DNA from: the human T2T-CHM13v2.0 reference genome, Homo sapiens
Assembly (NCBI RefSeq): GCF_009914755.1
Contig: NC_060937.1
Direction: 5' to 3' (one strand)
DNA: 64,000 bases
Notes under the pieces: generated by a model
Told to the model about the DNA's origin: nothing
Seen by the model: the letters and a program-made list of their open reading frames with translations, nothing else
Databases searched by the model: none
Shown here: piece after piece, positions 33,635 through 45,050 of the stretch
How positions within the stretch are numbered: the stretch's first letter is position 1
Layout of the letters: each line of letters opens with the position of its first letter
Program-made: the position numbers and the translations under genes

Positions 33635-35951
33635 AAAATTTCTGATGAGGTGCAAGTGGACTGAAGTAACTTGGCATGAAAGTAAAAAGGTCACTGCAGC
33701 TGTGTCTCATCGACTGTCTCGAATCACAGTGGCCCCTCTGCCGGCGACTCCCCTGGCCCTGCCCACTGCCACAGCGATCCTGACGCTCCGCGTGGATGGA
33801 CCATAGAAGCAGTAGTTTGAATTTCCAAAAGAAAAAAAACATGGCTTTGAACTTCTCCCTGCCTGATTAGGCACTTGCAGTGTATGTTAATGTGTGCTCG
33901 GGGAGTGCGTGGGTGTAGGGCTGAGTTTTTGTCTACAGAGGGGAAGTGTACTGGGGTCCCCAGGGCAGTTTCACCTAGGGTCCCCTGCCGGCCTGCCTGT
34001 GCCTCCAGACCTGGAAGGCTTCCGTGGCTGGGCATCCTGTTTTGCTACACTGTGGGTGGACTGGCAGGCCAGGAGTGATGTGAGGGGATGAAAGTGCCAT
34101 TAATAATAAGCGGCTGGGTTGTTTTGTTTGCCTTGTGATCAGCCTTCTTTTCTGCTGGCTTAAGGTGATCACTTGAGAAACCAGATGTCTCCCCTGCCCC
34201 CTCCCCAGGAGCTGGATTTCCTAACCCAACTGGGATTTAAAAATACTAGTGGCCAGCACCTCTTGTCCCATTTCATAGACAGACAGAGAGATGACAGATG
34301 ATAGATTACTGGGTGGGTAAAACCACAATGGTCTCCAAAACCTTCCCCAAAGTGGAAGAGATCACTTATGAGAGTGTAACATGTTTGCAGATAGTTGGGC
34401 CTCCTCTTTTCCTGTCCCCAGTGTTATGATGCTTGTGTGGCCATCTCCAACTCCTTAAGAGAATATAATTCCCACCCTCAAACTCTATGGAGTTTAGATT
34501 TTAGGACCATTAGCTTTACCAAGAGCATCCTGAATGGGGAAAATATATATACATAAATTTCAAATAATTGTGTGTTTGAAGATTCTCCTAGCCTGCAAAA
34601 CAAAGGTAGATGATTTAAACAGTATTTGCAAGGGCCACGTTTTGCCTAGGGAAGATGAAGTCTTTGATGATAGCCAACTTAGTGTCAATAAGTGGCTTTC
34701 TTTGAGACATATTCAGATGGGAACGTCTTGCTTGCCAATTGCCATAGAAATCTTAACACACCATGAAGATTGTCCGAGCGCCAAGCCTTCCGTTCTGGAC
34801 TAAATTACTTTGAAGTGGCGCAGTACGAGCAGTGGTCAATTTTAACTCTATAGACTGGACAGAGAATGCTGGGAGTGGGAGATTGTGCGTTTTAAAGCAG
34901 AAAATAAGAAGGGGAAACTTGTTTTATACACTCTATACAAGGTTCTGCTCATTGTCAGATATCTTTTATCTTTTATATTTCCCATGAATGATTCATGTCT
35001 TGGTGGCTTTGTGTCACCCTTCTTTTCACAAGAAACTTCATTAGAGAGCTATAAGTTTTCCCATTGATTGGGGCCCTCATTTATGAGTGTTTTTCTCCTT
35101 CGTGTGCTGGTTATTGTCATCTGAGTTAAAACAACTCTTTGCAACCTGTTTCACCTTTACTACATTTAACAAACCTGACTTTTAAAAGCCACTATAACCT
35201 TTCAGAGAAATGCTTATTGACATTACTAGCAGTTGCTTTTAACTATCTGACTTTTATCAGTTTTGTATCTGCTAACAAAAACACAAGCAAACATCCAGCC
35301 TTGTAAATGTGCATAGCCAAACACCTGCATTTAAGCCACTTGAATATTTTGCTGCCATGCAAGAATCTAATTGTTCAACACACCTGGCCCAAAATGCTGA
35401 GCTTAAATTACCAATAGCCACTCAACTTCCAGAACAAACTACAGTAAAATTGCATCTTGATCTCCCACGCCATAAGAGGCATTTGATGCCCACTACTCAA
35501 TTTCATTCAATACCTATCTCAGCCCCTGACTGATTTTGCTTTCACCTTCTTTTTGTCTAGAAGCCTCACCGTCCCTTCCTCCACATTTTCTTTATTCTTT
35601 TTTTTCCTTTTGGAGGCTGGGCACCAAAGAAATGCTAAAATTCACTTTTTGGCTTTTCACTGATTAGAATCAATCAGGATATTACTTATTTTAACAAATA
35701 AATGCAGTAACCCAAAAGATTTATGCTACTGTAAGTATAACCTGCAAGGCTTAGTCTTCATAAATATCTGTGTTTCCTAGATAAGCTTGTAAGTTGTTAA
35801 GTTAAACCAGGCTGCAAAAATATTGTATTGCTTGGGGAGAGGCTGAGAAATCAAGAGACCAAGGGAAGACATTCACTCCATTAGCAACCTGTTCTATTTG
35901 TATGAGAGATATGCCATTATGTAAAACATAAGCAATAATAACAAGAATACC

Positions 35952-35957
35952 TTTATT
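35952..35957 (-). terminator. ZIC5: Probable ZIC5 polyadenylation signal AATAAA
   Basis: TTTATT on plus strand, followed on the minus strand by U/GU-rich sequence; a second candidate lies at 36015-36020. Confidence 0.65.
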
Positions 35958-37918
35958 AAATTTGTTACTTCATAATCATTCTTGCTTGCTCTCTATTGGA
36001 GGTACACATTTTTTTTTATTTTAGGTGTATCAAGAACCAATAAATCTGTGGCAAAGAGTTAACCTATGCATGGTAAAATACATAAAATACATATTCCTTT
36101 GTTTCATAATAAATAAACCTGTAGCATAATAAAGAATAGTGCAAACTACCATTGAAAAAGTTGTATAAATAAAACAACTCATTATACATCAGGAATATTT
36201 TGTTCTAATAAGTTTACGATACATAAATTATCCCCCCAAAAGTTCATACCTTTTCTATTTGAAAGGGCTTTGAAAGTGAATAATATGAAAATCAAATAAA
36301 CTTTTAAAATGTAAAATTATCTCATATTCAAGTTTTAAGGTCTTTTTCTTTATAAAGGAGGGTCTGCATGTTTCATATTCATCACAACAATCTGAAGACA
36401 ACATTGAAAGGCTTTCCAAGTGACAGCACCATGCACTGTACTAGTAATATAATATATCTATAAACTATATATAATCTTATCAACACAATGCAAAAAAGAC
36501 ATGCAGGAAGAGTCTTGGTTTTCACATTACGTTGTTCATTCAAGTAAGCTTAAAAATATATTTTTCCATTTTCTTTCCTTTTTTTTTTAAATAAACCATG
36601 GATCATAAATGACAATCTTTCACCAAAATGTATAATATAATTCTTTGGTGTGCTTTGAACTCTTCCAGGAAAGAAAAAAAAAAAGGATGATGTCTGAAAA
36701 TAAATTAATTCAACTGTACAAATAATAGTGTTCACATACAAGTTATTAACAATGACAAGACTACATCAACCACTCACAGCACACAAAACAAATTTCTACA
36801 AACCCTGGGGAGGGGGTGTCTTCGGGGTCTCTAAGGATAAATTAGTGCTCTTTAGTGTATCTGTAGGATGTTTCTGATGGACTACATTTTGCACAGGAGA
36901 TGTGTTGTACCAACCGAAAATAAATCGACTAAGAGTTATTGTCCTAGGTCCTTGACCTTTTTTATCCTAGCTTGACAGCTCTGGCAAAGGTCACACATTC
37001 ATCAGTGTTTGGTGGTAACTATAAACCTTTTAAAAATTTTTAATATGTATGGCAACTCCCTCCCCTCTTTTAATGTAAATCATACACTTCACACACTGTC
37101 ATTTTCAAATGGATTCCAGTTTGGTGTGCTCAGTGCTCAGGTGGAAGAAAATGCATTAAAATGCAGTTTCAGGCATTGAAAAATAGACTTTTTAAAAGGC
37201 TGATACAACAGTATAAAAGAGGTGTTGGCCTGTTTTAAAAACAACAGCTTTCCAAAAAAATAGGCATGATGCCATCATCACACCTCCTCAAGACTTGACT
37301 GTGAATGTTGGCATCCCAAAGAACTTAGGATCGAAAACAGAATCTCTTTATTACACAAGAAGTTTGGACACAGTTAGGAGGCAGTATCTGAGAATTCAGA
37401 TAAAAAAAAAAAAACATATAGGAAAAAGAAAGCACTTGAATTTCTTCTATTTTATAAAATATCACAGTTTCACAGTTGTCTTTTGCAGCAGCTTTTCTTC
37501 TCTCCACTTTTGCTTGAACAATCACAGTAGCACAAGATATGGAGATATATTAAGGTTGCTGCATCTTTTTTTAAAATCACACAGTAGGATACTGAAGAAA
37601 TAATCCTGTATAAAAATATTGTATTAAGCTAAGATCAGTAATAAAAGAGTGGAAATTAAAAATTACAAATATTAAACTCAAAGGGTTTTTACAAATGTTT
37701 TTGGACACAGGTACGGAACAGGATCTGTTGGCAATGCAGCAGGTGTGTGGTTTACAATCAAGAGGCCTTGGCAGAATTAGGGTCCAACAAGGAGGCTCAA
37801 AAGCAGCCCATGGTATGGTGTCAAAGGCATTTGAGAGGCACTCTGGGAAATGCAGAGGGCCTTGGTGCTGTGTTAAGTTCTGACTTAATGCTCTTTTTCT
37901 CCCCCTTTTAAAAAAAAT

Positions 37919-37919
37919 A

Positions 37920-37952
<33 letters not shown>

Positions 37953-37957
37953 TATAT
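37919..37957. repeat. (TA)n microsatellite in the ZIC5 3' UTR
   Basis: Direct reading, one TG interruption. Confidence 0.9.
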
Positions 37958-38290
37958 TGCATCGGCAGTGTGTATCGCCATTAACTAATCTCTCCATTCA
38001 TTTTCCTTGGTACAATTTGCCCCCAGCCCCATCCTCCTGCAATGTACAAGTCCAGCTTGGTTGTTTTTTGTTTGTTTTTTAAGAAAAAAAAAAAAAAAAA
38101 GCCCAAATATCTTAATTAAATTAATTAAATGTACAAACACCATAGGGTTTCATACTGAATAAATAGGGCTAATTAGACCCGGTGGCAAGTCTGAGTCACG
38201 GGTTTGTCTCAGGCTCGGCATTGTCTCAGGTTAGGATGTGGTCCAAGGACTCCCACTTATTATTTCACTTATTATTATTAATAATAAATT

Positions 38291-38733
38291 CTAATGTATC
38301 GTCCGCACAACTTCAGGGTTCCCGTAAATTTCCTCATCTTCAGTCTCAGAGGTGGTTCCGTTGCTGGAAGGGGTGTGGAGGTGGCTGGGGGCCCCACTGG
38401 CCTGGCAAACGTACCACTCATTGAGGTTGGTCACCTGAGGGGACAGAGTGCTGGAGTGACTCCTGGCTGGGTCCAGCACAGGGGACAAGGGGGCGCCCAC
38501 TGGAGTCCCCACTGATGAGTAACCAAGGGGTCCTGGAGAAGGTGGCGGGGACTTGCAGTGAATCTTCATGTGCTTCCTCAGGGAGCTTGGGTGAGTGTAG
38601 GATTTGTCACAGCCTCGAATCTTGCAGTAGTAGGGCTTGTCACTGGTGTGGACATGGGAATGTTTCTTCCGATCACTGCTATTGGCAAACTTCCTGTCAC
38701 AGCCATCAAATTCACATTTGAAAGGCTTTTCCC
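38291..38733 (-). CDS. ZIC5: ZIC5 coding exon 2 (fingers 4-5 and C-terminus ...NLNEWYVCQ...VRTIH*)
   Basis: Acceptor cttgcag|GGGAAAAG at 38734/38733 restores [16 protein letters not shown]; TAG at 38291-38293. 1549+443=1992 nt = 663 aa + stop. Confidence 0.97.
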
Positions 38734-41700
38734 CTGCAAGGAAACACAGGAAAGGTCAACAATGGCTTTCCAAGACCCCTCTCTTGACAGAAATCTTGAA
38801 GCAGAACCAAGGTTGTGTTTTTCCTATTCTCCCAGAGACCAACTCCCAGCCTAATTCTTCTTCCTAATTCACAAAAGGGAAGGGATGCTTCAGGGATGGG
38901 CCTGGATTCTGCTGACCTGGTGGCTTTGCCTGGACCTGGGCTCCTGAGAGGCTGTCAGGCCCTGCAGTCCCAGAGGGATCAGGGTGAGATCCCTAGTGCT
39001 GAGCTAAGGGCCAGAATGTAACACTGAAACCCACCTGGGACCCGCAGACCCCCTCCCCCGACAGACACACTCCCCTCAGGGTCTGTACACTCAAAAACAC
39101 AAGCAGGAGATCCTCCTGTCAAAATAAACACAAAATGATACTTCCAAAGCCACAGGCGGAAGTAAGCGTATAAGAAAAAGAGAAAAAAGCAAACACATAC
39201 ACTAAATTAAAAGTAAACTGGGGGGTACAGTCAAATTATAATAATGGCATTTCCTTTCAGTGTTCTCCAGGATTTCATTGAAGGAGAGGGGCATCAGGAG
39301 AGAACGTGGAGATGGGAAAGGGAAAGAGGTAAAACAAAACAATGTTTTTCTTTAGAAATAGAGGCACCTGTGAAACATACTCCCACCACTCGATTTTTAC
39401 AGGGCTAGCTGGGCAGAGAACAGGCTGTTGACCTCTGCATTCTACAGCTTTCCTCACTACTTGCAGGGCAGTTAAGAGCACAGCAGATCGAGCTTTAACA
39501 TACATTAATAAAGACCACAAGCCTTAGCAGAACCTACCTTTACTTTATGCCATAAGTATACTTACTCTCACAGCTCCCTACATTGCTTACTAGTCAAAAA
39601 GACCTTAAAAAAATTTAAAAAGGCCAGGGTCTTTTGGCTGTCACCTCCTTAAGCTGGCCTAACCACCCCACAAACACGCCTTTAAACACAAGGCCTCTAG
39701 TCCAGGAAATGGAAATACTTAATAAGACAACTAGAGAAATTCAGCCACACTACATTTTGGTGTTAAACAGCAAGAAAAGGAAGACAGCAGGTAACAGTCT
39801 AACTGAATTTTCCCTCTCCCCTTGGTATCTCTGAACTTGATAGAGTTGAGTCCATAATTAAACAAGTCATTTCATACATATTATTGAATTAATATTTTCC
39901 TCTTTTAGGTAAATAATTTAAAAATAAAGTTGAATTTCTCATATTTCAGCAGCTACTCTGGTGATACACTAGGTATGACATTTTCTTTTGTTTTGGATAA
40001 CTTGTTTTCAAAAACAAACTGTTAAGCCTCAGCTTAGTGTACATACATTTCTGTGGTGACTTTTCTTACACCCTCTGCAGATATTTTACTGTAGTGAGTT
40101 TTTAAAAAATATTTCGCCAACAATAACTGCTTCCATGGCAGAGTATGCTAGCACATCTGAGAGTATTCAGGCAGATGCCTGGAATTTAACTTTCCCTACC
40201 TGGAAATACTGTTTAAAAACAGAATTAGACATTATTCAAATATGCCTCCTACAGTGATGTATAAAGAGAGAAAAAACAACCCCATGATAATCACAACCTC
40301 GAAAAATTCTCTGTAGATGAGCTTTAACAAAAACAAAGCTAATCCCTTTTTATCAAAACATCAGTGATTTGTCCTGATTTCTACATTACACTTTAAGTCG
40401 TAGATAAGACCAAGTTAACATCATATTCTTTTTAAGAAATTAAAATCAGCCTTTCTTCAATATGGAGGCGTAATTACATGGGTTTACTCATCCACCCTAC
40501 GCGAAGGTGCAATGCTGTTTTTGAGCATGGTCGTTTCTGTTCAACCTACATATCCCGGGTTGTGAAGAAACGCTTTGAACACTGCTAACTCCTCCACTGC
40601 ACATGAAAAAGGGGAACAATTAGACTCAGGAAAGGGACAGATGTCGTGGAAGGAAAGGTAGAACATTAGAGTTAAATAAAGGAAGAGGTGCACGGAGAAA
40701 ACAGAAGAAAACAAGGCAAGGGCGATGGAAAGGCCTGTGTTGTTCAGGGGGCCTAAGGGGAATAAGCAAATTCTACCTAACTAGAAAGGCTGAGAGACCT
40801 CAGTGTTTACATTTAAGATTCTGATAGACGAGTCACGTCAGAATTTAACTATTTACAGAGTTTGAGAGCCTGGAGCCTGTGGGAAAGTAAGGAACTACTT
40901 GCGGACCCCGCCAGCTCCTAGCAGCTCCCTCTCCCGAGAGAGCGCGAGTCGGGCCCGCGGGACGGTTATAAACGGGACTGGGGGCACGTGGGTCAGGAAA
41001 GGGGCCTTCGGAAGTGGCCCGGGGATTAGTCCCTTTGATCAATCCGTTCCGGGATCCCGGATAACCCCCAAAAGGGAGAGCGGCGTGGCAGGGAGGGAAA
41101 GAAGTCCGGATGGGCCCTCTCAGAACACAATGTCCAATAGCTGAGCGGCCCAGGGACCGCCAGAAACACCAAGCGCGGGTTGGAGTCTGAACCCGAGGCG
41201 CCTGCGTCCCTCCCGCAGGGACCCCCACGCTCCACCGGGTGGGGCCCACGCGGCCGCCGGGAGGGGGCAGGAAATGCAACCGTCCGCGAGACGCAGAGCC
41301 AAAAACCCAAATGACCGCGGGTCCCCTCGCCGCCTGGGGTCCCCCGCGCCCCCCCCGACCCCACGCACGCGCGCGTGCCCCGGGAAGCCACCGGGGACAG
41401 TGCGCAGGGCGTGGCCTGTCCCGCCGGGGGCCCGGATCGGCTTCTGCGCCCGCAGCTCCCGGCAGCCGCCTAGGGAAGGCCGCTCCCCTCGCGAGGCCTG
41501 GGCAGGCGGGAAGGGCCCTAGGCCGCGCGCGGCCCCGCGCTTGGGAGTTCCCTTTCGGGGCCGGGCTGGGGAGCGGCTTCACGGTCCCTGGATCCTGCCC
41601 TGCCGAGAAGTGCTGGGCACAGGAGCGAGCAGCCGGCTTAGCGGGCCAGGGCGTTTTTACGAGAGCCTCCTGGGAAGTTTCTTCCTGGAAAAATCATTAA

Positions 41701-43037
41701 GGCGGACTGATCCCGATTAGAGAGAAAAGGGGCTCCTGGGAAAACGTGCTCCCCACCGGCCATCAGGCGGCCCGCAGGAGCCAAGCCAAGGCTCCCGCCT
41801 CGGGCCACCCCGACGCTGCTGCCCCCGCAGAGCCCCGAGCGCCCCCGGCCCGAGCGTGGGACCCGGCGGCTACCTCCTGGCCGCAGCAGCGCCGATAAAT
41901 CTGCCAAGTGATTACTGAACGTAAACTCCAGTTACTTAAGTGTCCTCCGAGGGGTAATCGTATCTGTCCCTATAAATCCCGACTGCGTTCGCGCTCATCA
42001 GCGCTTCCGCCCGACGCGCTCGTCCGCTCAAAGGGGGCACACGACCCACAGGAGCCATCCACCGCCTCGCGCCGCAGCCGCCCTCCTCAGCGCTGTGGGA
42101 TCCCCAGAGGCAGGGCTTGAGGTGGGGTGGGAGGGTCCCCACGACGCCGGTGGCTCCCCACCAATTCCACGACAGGGTAGGCCTCACCGATGGTGGGAGG
42201 CTCGGGTCCTCCTACAACTAGAACCTTCTCTAGAAAGGCAGATGTCAACTCCAGCACCCTCCAGGGCGAGTGTGATACTGCGTGTGAGAGGGCGCGTGGG
42301 GCGTGTAAATGATGTGAGTGTGAGGACACACAGGTGTCGCGGGAATGGGGTGCACGCGCAGGAGGATATGAGTGTGTAAAGTTGTGGGAGACGCACGCAG
42401 AAGGTGTGCGTGAAGAGTGTGTCACGGTGGGCCAGTGCGAGTGGTCTCCGGGGTTCCGAAAGCGCATTCCTGTCTTCCCGGAGGGGTCCCTTCCCCTCCC
42501 GGAAGGCCTGCCTCGGGCGGCCCAAATCCGGCAGCAAATCCCACGCCCGGTCCTCGGAGCGCGGAGACTGCGCGGGGCCTACGACCCGGTGGGAAGAGAG
42601 GCGCTTGCCGGGGCGGCCCGGCCTCTCTTTCCATCGCCCTCCCAGACTTCCCAGGGCCGGGCGGGTGGGGACTGCCGACCGTCCTGGGCGCCTTCCTGCT
42701 CCAGCTGCTGCTGCGTCTGCTCCGAGGTGGCGGCGGCGGCGGCTGGCGCGCGTTGCGGGTCCCGGCCGAGGGGCTGCGGGCGCGCTGGAGACTCCGCCGT
42801 GTGGGAACCCAACGCGGGGCCTGTGTGTGCTATCGAATTACTTATTCATAGAAAAAAAAAAGGGGGGGAGAGAAAAAAAAAGAAGTCACATGTCCGGGTT
42901 ATACGTATGCGAAGAGAAGCAGCAGAAGGAGAAAAAAATTAAGGCGAGCAGGAGGAGGAGGAGAAGCAGCGGCGGAAGCGGCGGCGGCGCAGGAGCTGGT
43001 GGCGGCGGCGGCGGCGCGGCCGGGGACAGACACCCAC

Positions 43038-43321
43038 CTGTATGAGTACGCTTGTGGATCTTGAGGTTCTCGGAGCGCGCGAAGACCTTGCCGCAGCCGG
43101 GGAAAGGGCAGGGAAAGGGCTTCTCGCCGGTGTGCACGCGGATGTGGTTGATGAGCTTGTATTTGGCCTTGAAGGGCTTGCCCTCGCGCGGACAGTCCTC
43201 CCAGAAGCAGACGTGGCTGCTCTGCTCGGGGCCTCCCACGTGCTCCACCGTGACGTGATTCACCAGCTCGTGCATGGTGCCGAAAGTTTTGGAGCAGGGC
43301 TTGGCGCCGCCGGCCGGGGGC

Positions 43322-43360
<39 letters not shown>

Positions 43361-44586
43361 AGCCCGGCCAGCTCGTCGGGGTCGATCCACTTGCAGATGA
43401 GCTCCTGCTTGATTGGCTGCCGCATGTAGCGCAGGAAGGCCCCAGCCGCCCCTGGGAGGTGGGGGTGGTGCTGGTGCGGGTGCTGCGCGGGCGCCGGCGG
43501 CGGCGGCGGCGCCGGGGGCGGCGCGTGGTGCTGCAGGTGGGGCCCGGGCCCGGCCGCTGCTGCGGCCGCCGCAGCCGCCAGGTTCAGGTTTAAGTTCACG
43601 GCTCCGTAGCCGTGCAGGGCGGCCGCCGCTGCGGCCGCAACCGCCCCGTAGTGCGCGTCCCCAGAGCGCGGCGCGAAGGGCGGTTCGGCGCGGCCGTACA
43701 GCTCAGCCGCCGCGGCTGCCGCTGCCGCCGCCAGCCCCAGGCGCATCTGGCCGTTGAGCGGGTGCGGGTGGCCGCCTGGGGCCCCCGGCGTGTCGTGCAG
43801 CGCGGGGAAGAGCGCCGGGCCGCCGCTGCCGTCCGGGCCCGCGTAGGTGCCGCTGGCGGAGATGAACATGCCGGCCGAGTGGGGAGGCGGGGCCGGGTGC
43901 TGGGGGGAGCCGGTGCCGGACCGCTGCTCCCCTCCGAGCGGGGCCCCGTGCATGGCCGCCGCGGGGGCCGTGGCGGAAAGGTCCCTCCGGAGGACGAAGT
44001 CCCTGCTGTGGCCTTTGCCGCTGCTGCCGCCGCCGCCACTGTTGGTGGTGGTGTAGCCCGAGAGGGCAGGAGGAGGAGGAGGCGGGGGAGGGGGAGGGGG
44101 TGAAGGGGTGGGAGGAAGAGGAGGGGCTGGGGGCGGGGGCGCGGAGGGCTGCGCGCCACTGCTGCCCCCGCCGCAGGGGTAGCTGCCCGCGCCGGGGTGC
44201 GCGACCAAGGCTGCAGCACGGGCGGCGGCTGCCGGAGCCTCCGGGTGTGCCGGGAACGCCTGGGAGGGAGGGCTGAGGCCCAGCGTGCTCGCCTGGGCCA
44301 TGTGCTCGGGTCCGAGCGGAGTGGTGGCCACGCCGGGGTCAGCGCCCAGGTCCCGCAGGCGGAGGTGCGCGACGGCGGCCCGGAGTTGGGAGTGGGCGGG
44401 CGGGCCGGCCAGCGCCGGGAAGCCTGTCATATTCTGAAGCGGCTGGACCTGAGCCGTTGCCAAATCCGCTAATCTCAGCGCTGGCGGGTTCCTCTTGCTC
44501 AAAGGGGGCTCCATCAGAACTACACAATCAGGCCCATAGACCCTCACTGGGGGGACTTTATTCCCTCTGCCCGCCTTCAAAAACAT
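43038..44586 (-). CDS. ZIC5: ZIC5 coding exon 1 (Pro/Ala-rich N-terminus, ZF-NC motif, C2H2 fingers 1-3)
   Basis: [13 protein letters not shown]...[19 protein letters not shown]...HKRTHT. Donor ACAG|GTGGGT at 43038/43037; 1549 nt, phase 1. In-frame alternative ATGs at 44514 (639 aa) and 44430 (611 aa). Confidence 0.97.
43315..43359 (-). repeat. ZIC5: ZIC5 poly-proline 15 tract: (CCG)11 CCA CCG CCC CCG
   Basis: Pure (CGG)11 on plus at 43327-43359, between the two Cys of finger 1. Confidence 0.93.
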
Positions 44587-44659
44587 GTATGTATTGGGCG
44601 CTCTTTAACTTCTTTTGTCCTGGCCTCTTAACTCTGCTTATTCCTGTTCCCACTCTATC

Positions 44660-45050
44660 CTCCAGCGATTGGCAGAGTGAACACCACATTTGAGCTGCAC
44701 AGTGGGACCGAGATTTTGGAAATGGCACGGGTGGGATTGGAGGGAGCCGCGTGATTGGCAGTAGCCTCGGCTGCTCGATTGGCTCCCGTTCAGGCCCTCG
44801 ACCCAGCGGGGATTCGCCCCCGTGCTTGCGGCCGCCTGCGCTTTCGCTTCGCGCCCCCTCCTCCGCTGGAGCCACACGTCCCCGCCTCCCCGGGGATGCC
44901 CAAGTTGCACTTGCAGAAAGTTTGAGCCTGGCCTGCGCGCGCAGCGCCCCGCTCTTCCTTGACGCACCTCGCGGAGCGCGCGCCGGCACGCGGGCAGAGG
45001 GCGCGGGGTGGTGAGGGGCTGAGGACCCCCAAGGGGCAGTCCCAGTTTCA
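44660..45050 (-). promoter_or_regulatory. ZIC5: ZIC5 promoter with four CCAATC boxes
   Basis: GATTGG on plus at 44667, 44735, 44753 and 44777, with a GC-rich CpG-island flank upstream of the ATG. Confidence 0.75.

Larger units (their letters stand above)
35930..38290 (-). other. ZIC5: ZIC5 3' UTR (~2.35 kb, AU-rich)
   Basis: AT-rich, transposon-free sequence after the stop, ending near a minus-strand AATAAA; exact end inferred. Confidence 0.7.
40880..45050. promoter_or_regulatory. CpG island over ZIC5 exon 1 and proximal intron
   Basis: Continuous very high GC/CpG. Confidence 0.9.

Noticed and set aside
34848-34859. 12-mer CTATAGACTGGA shared with the ZIC2 3' UTR (~59207)
   Set aside because: A single 12-mer match within 64 kb is expected by chance.
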